NCBI GenBank assembly: GCA_048213135.1
Contig: PS015432.1
Coordinates: forward strand, 49,221 to 69,220
DNA: 20,000 bases
Reading direction: 5' to 3'
Source of the DNA: Reclinomonas americana ATCC 50394
Lineage: Eukaryota
The stretch's first letter is position 1; each line of letters opens with the position of its first letter. Shown one piece after another: positions 1 through 11,765 of this stretch. Position numbers and translations under genes: made by a program. Below the pieces are notes generated by a model. That model saw nothing but the letters and a program-made list of their open reading frames with translations, had not been told where the DNA came from and ran no database searches.

Positions 1-1250
1 CCCCACTGCAGCAAGAGAGCAACAAGGATAAGCAGCTCGTCTCCCAAGCCATCAAGGCAGCGCGATCGATGGATGCGCAACATTGTTGGCCACTCCGTAC
101 GGCAAGTCACCACCCATCTGTGAGACGACAGTGGCAAGTGAGTTGTCAGAGCGAAGGAGTTGTTCACCCTTGCCACACAACCGACCTTTAGCATTCCTGC
201 AGAGTCACGAAGAGATGAACGTACACATGCGTGAGAACACTGCAGCGAGAGACACAGCGCAGCGAGTGCCGCACTACCACTCACCCATCGGCGCATACCC
301 GAAAATATTATTGATGAGCCACACTGATGGGTACCAGAATGCGAGGACGTTGACCATGCTGCACAAACATTGCACGCAAGTTGAGTGTCAAGCCTGCCAC
401 CCACACCCCTGCTGACGCACCTCATTCCCCTGCAAGAAAACACGAACAAACTTGTTGTTTAGCCCAAGTGGAGGATGTCACTCTCTTCCTCTGCAGTGCT
501 GCAGTGACCACGCCGCAACTTCCACAGACGATAGTAACCCGTCTGCGACGCAATCATGACCACGGCATCGATGCGCTCGACCAGGTCGCGCGGCAGCAGA
601 CCGATCAGCAGGCCAGAGATCGAGTGCACCGCCAGCGTGAGTGGCACATGCGGGAAGCGCTCCAAGGCGTACCTGAGAAGCGCGCGCACGAGGCAATTAA
701 CAACACAACGACACTCTCTCCCTCACTGACACACGCACCGAATGACAGCAGCCAGATCGCGGTGCCCCCAATCGTCCAAGTCGGCTGCATGCAATCACAC
801 AGTCAGTGTTCGAAAAGCACAGCAGCAGCACCAAGCGGACGTTGTCACTCACCACGGAAGCCACGCAGTGACTTGCGTCCTGGAGGAAACGAGTCACCCG
901 TGCCGCGATAGTCAAACGTGATGGCTGTGTGCGCATCTCACGCGAATCAGATGCATGAATGCAGGCGCTGCAAGAAGTCCTCTCTCTCTCGCGCGCGCGT
1001 GCCACCACGCACCAACCACACCCAACTCACGCACTGCAGCAGTGGCAAATGCATGGTAGAACGATCGTTTCGCACCGAGCCCCGAGCCGATCACCATCAC
1101 TGCTGTGGGTGGAGCACCAGCAGCATGCGCATGCAACACACTGCCGGTGAGCACGTACCCATCGGCCGCCACAGTGGTGGTAAACACCTCTTCTCGCACT
1201 GCTGCTGCTGCTGCTGCTGCAGGGTCTCCTGTGGGGGTCTCTGCAGACAT
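1..1250 (-). CDS. Alpha/beta-fold hydrolase resembling the bacterial COG4757 predicted hydrolases; 3' end runs off the window
   Basis: Manual exons 1250-1013, 924-853, 784-739, 672-520, 429-421, 358-285, 196-186, 117-82, 5-1; all introns GT-AG and phase-consistent. Spliced protein contains [42 protein letters not shown], the nucleophile elbow [16 protein letters not shown] and [22 protein letters not shown]. Family recognised from motifs, not from a search. Confidence 0.85.
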
Positions 1251-1335
1251 GTGCGCGTTCGCTTTTCGAGGTGCGTGAGAAGAGTTGCCTGATTGAGCGC
1301 GTGTTCGGCTATAACTACACAAATTTCGCGATTCA

Positions 1336-2300
1336 TTAAGAGAAGTGATTGTCGGTGGCGGCGGTGGCGTCGTCGGTCGGAAGGCGCCCGACAAGCAGGT
1401 AGCCAGAGGCCTGGCCCTTGCCCTTCAAGTCCACTTGTCGCTCGTCGAAGCGGTACCGCTGTCGCGGATTTACAAGGTCGAATGTCGCTTGACTGATGTG
1501 CACATACATCGGTTCGCCGCTGGATTCCATGCGGGAGGCAACATTGACCGTGTCTATGTGGCACGAAGAGAGATTGCGTACGTGTGTGAGAAGAGATGTA
1601 TCGGCAAGCGTGCTTTCGGCATCCCCCAGAAAACGCACCACCCCACATGTCCCACTGGAAGCGCTTGCGACCAATTACACCAGCTGTTACAGGACCCGAG
1701 TGAATTCCGACTCGGATCTGCGCGCAAGCCCAGGCCCCATAGATCAGTGTTTCTCACACCCACAGAGATCATTCACGGACGCGCTCACCTGCAGATTCAT
1801 CGAAGCGGCGATTTCGATAAAATACAGTGCCGCCTCGATTAGATTTTGGGCGGCCAACGCCGCGGCGGCTGTGTCGGTGGCGTCCAAGCCACTGCACGCC
1901 ATGTAGGCGTCGCCCACAGTTTTGATTTTGATTACGTTGTGCTCGTCGGAGACCTCGTCAAAGAGGGTGAACAGCGTGTCCAGCAGCTCCACCAGCTCAA
2001 TCGAGGAGATGTCGGAGGACAACTCGGTGAATCCTGCACGCATCAAGAACTCAGTGACCCTGTGTAACAATGCTGTGTGTGGCAATCACAAGAGGATGTC
2101 AAACTCACCGACAATATCCAGGAATCTGTGTTCGTGGGGTGGTGCAAAAAGTGAGGAAAAACACCATCAAAACGTGTTGCCATCTTGTGACGGGGCACGC
2201 AACAGAATGGATGCCCGCTCGTACAGTTCCGCAATGGGCCGATCGTTGTTCTGCAGCCGAGAGGCGATACGGCTCGGCAGAATGTTCAGCAGCAGGTCGT
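1336..2300 (-). other. Class III nucleotidyl cyclase catalytic domain preceded by an LLLNILP helix
   Basis: [14 protein letters not shown], followed by both metal-binding Asp (FLDIVG, VGDAY), the substrate-specifying Lys (KIKT) and Asp (WDMWG), and the transition-state Asn/Arg (NVASR). Confidence 0.95.
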
Positions 2301-5300
2301 GGGATTTCTTCTTTTGCTCTTCGAGTTGCAGCTGTCGTTTCTGTTCGTTGCTCAGGTCGCGGAAGAAGCACGTAAAGATCGGCAGCGAGCCAATGTATCC
2401 AAAGTGGAAGGACACCTGAGTACACAAATACGACGTGATATCATCAGGAAACCTGGTGCACTGCTGTGCACACACACAGCAGCAACTGACCCAGACAGGG
2501 AACAAGCTGGACTTTGAGCGCACACGCTGTGCCTCGCCTTCGTCGTCCATCAACATTTCGGTGTCGGCCATCAAGTCGTCGTCGCCAATCGATGTGTCAT
2601 GTTCGCCGTTGAACGAGTCCCAGCGAGCGCATTTCATCTGTGCAGCAAATCGCAGAGCGATGCCACTCAGGACACAATAGCATGCGCGCTGCCAAGCTGG
2701 CAGGTGGACTCAAACCTCTCTTTCAAACACACGCGACTGCTTGCGACTCTTGAGGAATTCCTGCACCTCCAGTCGAATCTCGTTCAGACTTCGCACGTCG
2801 AACACTTGTTTCATCTATGTGCACAAGTCAGCACACACAGACGTCTCGCTGCTTGGAAAACAACTGAAGAGATTGTGTCACGCACCCCGTCTCCGAGCAG
2901 TCGCGTGGCCGGCAGGCCAATCATTTCCTCGGCCGACTTGTTGAGCTGTCTCACACACCCGTTCTGATCAAACTCCATAAAGCCATCGGCAGCCGTCTCG
3001 AGGACCTTTTGCATCTTTTGCTGCCTCTCCGCCACCAGCTTTTGCAAATCCTGGCGGAACGCATGGCTGCGGTCGGCCACAAACGCATGAATGTCGGGGA
3101 TGGAGTCGATGACAGACAGCGGCAGCATCAGCAGCATTTTCGTCGTCCGTTTGTGCTGCGGGCGTAGTCAGTAACGGCGCTCAGCAAAATGCGAACAAAG
3201 ACAAAGACAAGGTGGTACGTGCCTCCTCCGAAAGATCGTTGATGAGCGGCCGCATCAACAGCAGGTAGAGCAGCGGGAACACAATCAGGCACACCACCAG
3301 GAGCACGGCAGCGGAAACCTCCAGCACCAGAATGATTGGACCGTAGACCTGGGCGGCAGAGGTAAGTTTCCGTCATAAGGTATGCACACGTTTCTGCAGA
3401 CAAACCAATGCGAATCGATAAATCAGCTCATTGGTGTACACGATATACGGACCCATCAGCGTCGAAACTGCGCGTGCGTACCACGTTAGTGGCTGGGCAG
3501 TGCACATTTCTTTAACAGAGTTCTGCTCACCAAATGAAGTCCACACATCCGAGGTAAGGAGTGATGTTCCACGCAATGTCGTCGTCGCCTGCATGCTGCT
3601 CAGGTAGGCAAACAACACACGCACAACGCTGTCAAGCGAGTAGCACGGTGGCGAAGTCCCCTCTGGACACCATCCATTGACCAGCACCTGCTCTGCCTGT
3701 GTTGGCAAGCGACAACGGAGAAAATACGCCACTGGCAACTGCAAACGCACCTCATCCACACTGTCTACTCTGTGCAGCAGGCCTGCGCCTCGACCCCCGA
3801 GTGCCGCTCCATATAACAAAAAGTCGAATGACGCGCGTGAACGTGCAAGCTGCTCAGCGACAAAGGTTCTGTGCACAACAAAATTTTCCGAGATGAGCAA
3901 CGTCTTTGACAACAAGTTGCACAACGTGGTGCGTACGCACGTAGCACTAGCTTCGTCCACCACGGTACTGTAGGCACGTTGTAGGATGCCGTCTGCAGCA
4001 GCGTACAGGCGAGCGTCAAAGTCCTGCGTTTGTACGTGAGCGACTACGCAAACGCAAGCACATGTACACATTATCTCCTCCTTCCTGTGCAGCTTACCGC
4101 CAGTCTCGACGTCTCATCCGACAGGTTGTGGAACGTCTTGTGGTACACCAAGAGCATAACCACAAAGGACATACTGCCGAGCAGCAACACAAAGGCAGAA
4201 AATCCAAACACCAGCAGCAGCTTGCGGAAACTCGTCAATTGTCCTGCGTGTGGACGATGGTAAGCTGCCTGCTGCTCCACCAGAAATGGCTCTCTCTCTC
4301 TCTCTCTCTCTTACCTGTGCGGAATTCCGATTCGTATTGAATCGAGTCCGACGAGTGAGACGAGTGCATAGCTCGACGTGCGCGCAGACGCGTGTGCACT
4401 CGTCGCACGACAGCCTTGGGGATGCGGCTAAACAATGACGCCACACTGCGGATGGCAGAGGATTTGTGAGGCACTCCATTTCAATGTCCACAGCAGTTAA
4501 AAAGTCAGCAATCTAGGCGCAACTCTCCACGCTCCTTCATGGCGCTTCGGAACGACGGAATGGTGACAAAGATCAGGAACACGATCAGCAGCACGCATAC
4601 GGCCGCCGCCAGAATGCCAGAAGTGAGGACAAGTCGATCGGTGTTTCGGGAGACAATCTGCGACGCATATGAGCACCAATAGTGGAGAAGGCGAGGCGTG
4701 AGGATCAGAGAGATACGTAACATCTTTGAAGACATCGGTGGATGAACTGTATGCGGCCGTTACGCGCTGCACATTATCTCGTTGGAAGCGCATTGCTGCA
4801 TTGCAGCGCAGCGGAGACTCGGTGGAGCCGGTGGCAAGACACTGCACCCGTGGTGAGGCACAATCACGGGAACTAAAGCACGCTGAGGGTACTCAACTGA
4901 CAAGATGTACTTGGTCGACATGTCAATCTCGTGGACCATGTCGGCCAACGTGCGAGTAATGCTGACAGCAGTGGTGGTGCCTGGAAGTCCTGTGGGGAAC
5001 CACAGATCCACTGGCATGCGAAGTTGTTGTCGCATCTCAACTTCGGGCGCCACCAGATGGAATTGCGCGAGGATTGACACCAACTACAAGCGTGCAGTGA
5101 GCATCTCGACAAGTTGCTACGTGCATGCACACGCTTGGTTGCAAGCGCACCTGTGTTCCGACACCATTCAGGAAGAGGACCAACGGAGATGTTGTCGCCA
5201 GTGGGGTTAATATGTCACTCCGTGCCGCTGCCGCCGAGGCCACCACCACATAGTCGACAGCCCATGCTGTACAGGGGAATGGGTAAGCTTACATGCGGCA

Positions 5301-8300
5301 GCAAGGGGAAAAAGATGGAGTGATGCCACAAACTCACCAAAGCGACTCGAAAGAGCGTAGCTGTACAACCAGAGAATGTACGAGTACAGACTGGCACCCC
5401 TGTTAACGTCGACCGAGGCATTGGGATCAAACTGCGGCTGAATCGACAGCACGGCCACCACAAACAGCGACACTAGCATTGCGACGAAAACCAACACGAT
5501 GCCGAGCTGCGTCATGCATGCACCAGTGTTACACACACGATTGTTGCGCTCAACAAGGACACATCTTTACCGACTGCATCTTGAGTCGTAGAATGGCGGC
5601 CGATTCGCGCGACTGAAGGCGGCTGCGCAGCAGCTCCAGCTGCATGCGTTCGCGCTGTGTAGCCAGCGTGTTTTGTCCTTCGACCACCTTGTTGCGATTC
5701 CTTGCCCGTGCAGTCTGTGTGCTTGTTAGCAGAGAAGAAATGACACCACTGGTTGCACCACAAGACGCGTGCACGCAACTCTGAGGTCCGGTGCGGCAGG
5801 ATCCAGTGCGTCGAGCTCCCCATCGAAGCGCAGCATGGCACTTCGTGGACGAGACTGCCGGTCGTTGGTTGTGGTCCCGGTGTCGGCTGGTGACAGACCG
5901 TGGCCGATGGGCACCAGAGGCGACACTGGCGATGCCAGGTCTCCCAATCCCACACCTCCATGGCCCCGTCCACCCCCGTCTTCTCTGCCTTCCCTTCCGC
6001 TCATGCTCAAGTCGTCGCCAACCAAGGCGCTCGACTGAATACGATCGAGAGACACCGATGAATGAGGTGACATGGCATCGATGGCCTCGGCGGCCTCGGC
6101 GGCGGCTGCTGCAAGGCCACCGCCAGGCACCATTTCAGCACGCGCACTGAGCGCCACCGCGTCGGCACCTGACATGCTGCCGGCACCTAGTGCGAGTGGC
6201 TGCATGGCAAACGAGTGCGCTTCGATGCTGTCATCGCGCGAGGCATCCATGGAGAGCGCCTCGGCACGTGAACCCGTGTGTCCAGGTCGCATGCCACGCT
6301 TGCCACGCCGTGCGGTCCACCACAGCGATGCACGTCGAACGGCGGCCTGTGCTTGACTGCCACCGGCACCTGCTGCGGCCACACTGCGCACCGGCTGCGT
6401 GTCGCTCGACTGGCTGTCGCCACCTGCGTCGGATCCAACAGTGGCCAGCGAAGGCAGATGTGCCGGTGAGGTGAGTCGATGTTCGGGACTGAGCACACCG
6501 TTGGGTGCTGCCAGCAGTGGCGTCGACACGCGCACTTGTTCACGGCGGGGATTCGACCGGAAGCCCAAATTGTCATCGTCGTCTGCGTTGTCGACTGCGT
6601 CTGAACCACCAATGCCACCGCGACTACCGTAGTCGCAGTCGCCGTCAGAACCCTCGTCGTCGTCGTCGTCGTGGCGCCCAGAAGCGTCGCCACTCTGATT
6701 GAGCATGTTGGGCAACCGCTGAATGTGATGCGACAGCCATTGCGTGTCGTCCATGTCGTGAGCGTCCGTGATTGCATTGCCACCATTCAGCGACGACGGA
6801 GGCGGTGGACGCCACATTGCGTCTTCCGTGAGTGGTCTGCGTTCCCGCACCGGTGGCAGCCACCGCTCCGTCGCCGACGTTCGGCGCTCATGTGCTCCTT
6901 CACCACTGCTGTCCGCACGAATGGGGGACAGCTGAAGAGCTCGCGCCACGCCGTCGTCGTTGCTCGACGATGCAGCACCAACAGCGGCGACACCCACGGG
7001 CGGTAAGCGCGCGCTGCCGAGGCGAAGTGGCAGCTGAATGCCCAACGAGCTTGACACTCCGCGCGTCATCGGCGGCCGCGCCGGCTGCGACTGCGAGGAG
7101 ACCAGGTGCTGCGGTAAGCCAGCAACGTGTGGACGCCGATGTTCAGAGGCCAGCCGTTCCGGTCGGGCTGCCACTCCGGAGCCCCAGCCACTGCCGCCCT
7201 CGTCGCCGTCGACATTGTCACCGTCGTCATCGTCATCGACATTGCTGTTGCCGTCGTCGCTGGTGCTAGCAAAGTCGGCCACACCCGGTGGCTCCTCCGT
7301 GTCCACAAATGTTCTGATGACGAGAGTGGTAAGCCTGGCGTCGACAACCGAAGAACAAACAAGCGAGAGGACAAAGCAAGCACGCAACTCGTCCGCACGA
7401 CGTCGATCGCGGGAGCGCTGAGTGCGCACCTCCACGGCGGCGTCGTCTTCTACGTCGTCGGCGCGCTGCATCAGGAGCTTCGAGAAAAGTGGACTGTAGG
7501 AGGAGTGAGAATGGTGAAAGCGGGATCGCGAAAGCACTGAGCGCAACTCGTTGTCAATGTCGTCAATGTAGCGAGCATAGGCTCTCAGCACTTGTGCAGA
7601 GCGCGGTGCGTCGGCCAATAGGCCGTCGAGCACGCCTCGCAGGCGCTCACTCTCGAATGCTGCCCAACGATAATTAGCGACGAAGGAGGTCGATCGCGAT
7701 ACAGAGGAGGAGACGCACAGATTTCCCAGGTGACGCGAGCCAAGTGATTGTCGTCCAGAGTCGGTTTCATGAAAAGATCCCAGAAGGAGAGCATGTGACC
7801 CAGCAGTCGTTGATGCAGGTGCGTGGCGTACCGCACACGTCGGAACACACTGCGACTTGTTCCGTCGCCCTCGTTCAGCATCTCCATGCGGACGTATCGG
7901 AAACACTGCACAAAGAAGCTGTAGTCGGGTTTCCAGGCCCACAGCGAGGTCTCGCCCAGCATCTACATCGAATCAAAGCGGGAGACGCGGGGTGGTCAGG
8001 AGTAGCGCCACAAGTACAAGACGAATTCGAAGGGACAACAGACCAGTGCGACTTTTGGCATCAACAAGGATCGCATCTGCTTGTTCGCCGTCTCCTCCAA
8101 GTACTGCGCATTCATCAGGCGCAGTCGCGCAGAGCTGGGGAAGCGCAAGTGTGCGCTGGCAAACATCTCGAGCGCCATGTCAAAGTCGATGCTGGAGATG
8201 GAGAAGCGCAGCCAGATTTCGAGCTCGCCATCCGAGTCGGCCTCGTCGACCAGTCGGTTGCAGAATTCCTCTTCCTGCTGCGCGGCTGCGTCCTCGCCCC

Positions 8301-9938
8301 ATGCTTGCATCATTTCCTCGTCAGCATTGGCAGGGGCGGGTGCCACTCGACTCGAGATCTGCCATCACACAGTCAGTCGACCGTGACATTGACGACAAGT
8401 GCTCCAGTTCGCAACCACACTCACCGCCGCCCGCGATCTCGAGGCCACCATCCCTAGCCGACGGACGACTTGGCGCTCACGAAGTTTGATCAGGCCGGCT
8501 GCGATCTGCACGCACAGAGGTCGTCAGTTGCAGTCGACAACAGTCAAATAAGAAAATCGCAAGCACACCATGATGGCGACAGCCACGCTTCCGGCGAGCG
8601 CATACGACGATCGGAACCACAATGATATGCCGGACAAGGAGGCGAAGGAGCCGACCAAGCAGACCAGCATGTTGGAGGCGGAGAAGGCGAACGGAAGTGA
8701 TCGATAACTGGAGACGATGCATACGAATGAACGTGCAATTAAGTTAGAAGATCTGCACAGCGGACACTGTTCGCCACTCGACGCAACGTGTAGAAGGCTC
8801 CGAGGATGCCCACCGTCAACAGGCTGGCAATCTACGTGTGGGAGGAGCAGGCGCGAGAAGATTCCGCGTCAATGGCATGCATCCAAAGAGTAGTATGTTC
8901 GCAAACTGCACTCACCGCTGGAGTCTCCATGTCGATCGGTGCCAGCTGCGTCGCCACCAAAGCCAACTCTGCCAGTGCCAACCACAGCAGCACGCGGCTG
9001 TGTGTACACACGCCAAAGTAGGACTTGGGGATCACACTTCGTCGTTGCATGAAGAGGGCGTACAACGGCACGGCCACCAATTGGAGTGGGAGCATGCCGA
9101 GGCAGAGCAAAGCGAGGCTGGCGTGCCACGTAGTGAATGTCGACAATCGATTGCAGACCTCAGTCAAGTACAACAGCAGGATGAGGCACAGGGGCCAGAA
9201 CATGAACGCCAGAGGATGACACCAGGTCATGAAACGGAGCACAGTGGCGCTCTCCGATCGGCCGGCGCTGATGTGGTACTTGCGCACAGCCATAACCATG
9301 GAGATGGCGTAGAACAAGCCAATCACACATACGCCACTTGTTGCCACGAGGCAGCCAATCGATACGAAGTGATGCAGCCAGATCCAATTATTCAGGGGCA
9401 TCACCCACCAGGCCGCAATGAGAAGCGATAGACCGAGATGTAGCGCCACCGACGCCGACACCAACCACTGTGGCCGCAGAGCATGTGTCTCCCTGTCCAC
9501 ACAAAGATGAAGACGACGGAGGGGGTGAGTCCAAGGACATACCGTCAACCAGATGCTATTCGCACGCACCTCACTAACACCCACAAGAACTGCCGCGCGG
9601 AGTTCAGCACGGTGTGTGCTGGCTCCGTGTCGATGGTGGCGGCCATGGTGGCTGCATTCATCGAGGTGCCAGTGCTGGAGGCACGCATGGATGACGCCTT
9701 GAAGCCGGAGGTGGCAATCGAGTTGCGATGGCTGCCGGGTGTCGCCGAGCGCGCCGGTGTCATGGTGTGTCGACCATGACCAGCGAGAAGACCGCCTTGC
9801 CGCGGAGTGGCTGCGCGCACACGCAGAAAGAGGCACACGCACACACAGGAGAACGCATCATGAGTTGTCGCGTGGCAGTGTTTGGCTGATGATTCAGGGC
9901 TGATGCAAAGAAAACGCACCTGCGGTGCCAAACGGCAT
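1336..9938 (-). CDS. Multi-pass membrane adenylate cyclase (class III): TmcB/TmcC-like TM/helical scaffold + PAS + signalling helix + cyclase, ~2132 aa, 32 exons
   Basis: Manual exons 9938-9920, 9810-9570, 9492-8916, 8831-8788, 8707-8569, 8505-8425, 8358-8044, 7962-7719, 7659-7548, 7493-7389, 7313-5780, 5714-5571, 5506-5338, 5266-5151, 5083-4898, 4841-4722, 4657-4524, 4445-4315, 4243-4098, 4023-3941, 3868-3751, 3696-3531, 3467-3406, 3348-3223, 3155-2886, 2814-2716, 2637-2491, 2415-2204, 2125-2109, 2033-1789, 1717-1639, 1553-1336. They total 6399 nt in one open frame ending in TAA. Cyclase motifs: [59 protein letters not shown]. The start codon is uncertain. Confidence 0.88.
2350..3015 (-). 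other. PAS domain of the cyclase gene
   Basis: [31 protein letters not shown]...FPVWVSF...FTCFFRDLS matches the PAS/PAC pattern. An acidic insertion ([18 protein letters not shown]) interrupts it. Confidence 0.85.
3156..3222 (-). other. GC-AG intron
   Basis: GAG|GCACGT...CTGAC...CGCAG|CAC joins DLSEE to [12 protein letters not shown] in frame. The neighbouring GT donor would shift the frame. Confidence 0.75.
4290..4311. repeat. Intronic (CT)n/(GA)n microsatellite
   Basis: Seen directly, inside intron 4314-4244. Confidence 0.9.
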
Positions 9939-10408
9939 GTTTGCGCGTGGTCGTCTACCCACTGCTACTCACGTGGCCGCCACACGCACACAGAGAGAAC
10001 AAACAACGCGACAGCAGATGAACTCTCGGCGGCGACTTGCTTCCTTTTCTCGCGGAAAGATGGAATTCTGAGAAAGGAAAACCGACCGTTGAGTTGTCGC
10101 TACGTCCCGACCCGCATTTACCCTTTTTAGATGCCCAGCAATCAACAAACGTTCACTGTGAACTATTGATCCACGCGGGCTTGCGATGCATCGCCCGCGC
10201 AGCGATGCTGTCGAAGGTGACGGAAGCAATACTATAGGTGTGTTCGAGTGTTTCGGTGTTGAACGTTTTCCCAAAGCGTCCCCGTATCTCGTGCGACCAG
10301 GTCACGCACATCGATGGCGACGGCGTTGTGGCACGACGTCATGCACCACTCGTCGACCCGCAAGAGAATGGAGCATGAAAGATTCGCGCCATCTTCCCAG
10401 CATAACGG

Positions 10409-11718
10409 TCACACACCGCCAGCGCTAACGTTGCGGATCTCCCTCACACGATCGAATACCGTCGCACCCGCCGCCTGCAGCAGAGGCCGACTCCACTGTG
10501 CCCCGAGAATGCGCTGTATGTGTGGACCAGTGATCGCCGCTTCCGTCGCAGCGTGCCCAAGAACAAGCCTACAGGTAATCACATCGAAATCATAATCAAC
10601 GTTCTCACGCCGCAAAGTTTGATTGCGTTCGAGCACGCAACAGCGTGTCGAGATGCGACAGATATGCAGCTGGCTCAGCAATGTGCGCGGCCACGTGTGC
10701 ATCGACTGGCCATCGATCTCCGCTGCTGCCGGCATGCGTCTCGAGTTTGCCGCGCACACTCAGCCAGGCCAGGGTGGCGGCGAGAACGGCCCACTTGTCT
10801 GGCGCCGCATGCCACGGCGTGCGCAGCACAAACACCAAGAATGCGGCCTTGGCAAACACCCCTCCTCTTGCCGAATGTGCCAGGCGTGAGCCTGCGAACA
10901 GCGCCAGTTTCTCCTTGAACATGGCGACAACGTGACGCGCTCGTTCCACCGTGTGCAAGTCGCGCCACAGTGGGCACGCCAGCAGGAGACGCCCGAGTGC
11001 CGCACCACGCGCACTGAGCTGCAGGAAGACGCCATACTCGCCGGCCAGCTGCTCATCGCCATCGTCTAGCGCGCATCGTTGGAACGAGGCTCGACGATCG
11101 CCATCGCCCACCACGTGCAACAGCTCGTCAAACGCGCGCAGGCACACCAAACGAGCTCGCCAGTCCATCAGCGACACTCCTACTCGCTGCTCCAGCACTC
11201 GGCGTCGCTGCACCGCACACAAATGCGTTCGCAGACGACGACGCACCAGTCGTCGACACATGCGCAGTCTCAACACCGACGAAGACGAAGAGGTGGAGGA
11301 GGTGCGAGGAATCGCTGCCTCTCCTCCTGTCCACAGGGCGCGGACAGCGTGCGGCACTCGACTCCTGTCTCCGTCCCCATCATTGTCGCGACTGCTGACA
11401 GAGGATGATGCATGTGGAAAGGCGGTGCGGAGACGCGCATCGCATTCGCGTGCGACGTGCGACCACATGCGCTGTTCCAGCTCGGAGGGCACATGCAGGC
11501 TGTGCATGTGCTTGTGGTGAGAGGAAGAATGGTGGTCATAATCATCCGAGAAAGAGAGAGTACCTGGTGCGTGTGCTTGCCAGCGTCTCCAGCGCACTGT
11601 CCACGACATTGATGATCCTACAAGGGTGAGTGAGCGACGGAGCTGACAAGTGGCGAGTGTGTGTGTGTGTGTGTGTGTGTGCTCACTGTGATGCTTCCGC
11701 TGCCGCATCGATGTTCAT
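10409..11718 (-). CDS. Hypothetical protein, ~367 aa, 4 exons
   Basis: Exons 11718-11687, 11617-11564, 11499-10642 and 10568-10409 join in frame (MNIDAAAEASQIINVVDSALE...NVSAGGV, TGA). I recognise no domain. Both ends are uncertain. Confidence 0.6.
11656..11681. repeat. Intronic (GT)n/(CA)n microsatellite
   Basis: Seen directly, inside intron 11686-11618. Confidence 0.9.
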
Positions 11719-11765
11719 TGTTTTCGACAACTCATCAACGACAGGACAGGGACCCGCAGGATTCG

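Noticed and set aside
2708-2715. G|GTTTGAGT (and G|GTTTG at 3405 and 19145) as members of the shifted class
   Set aside because: They follow an exonic G and keep G at +5, so I counted them as normal register.
9969-10400. A small extra gene, or an extended cyclase N-terminus, in the 470-nt spacer
   Set aside because: Splice-like signals exist, but I found no convincing frame or protein-like product; they could be UTR introns.
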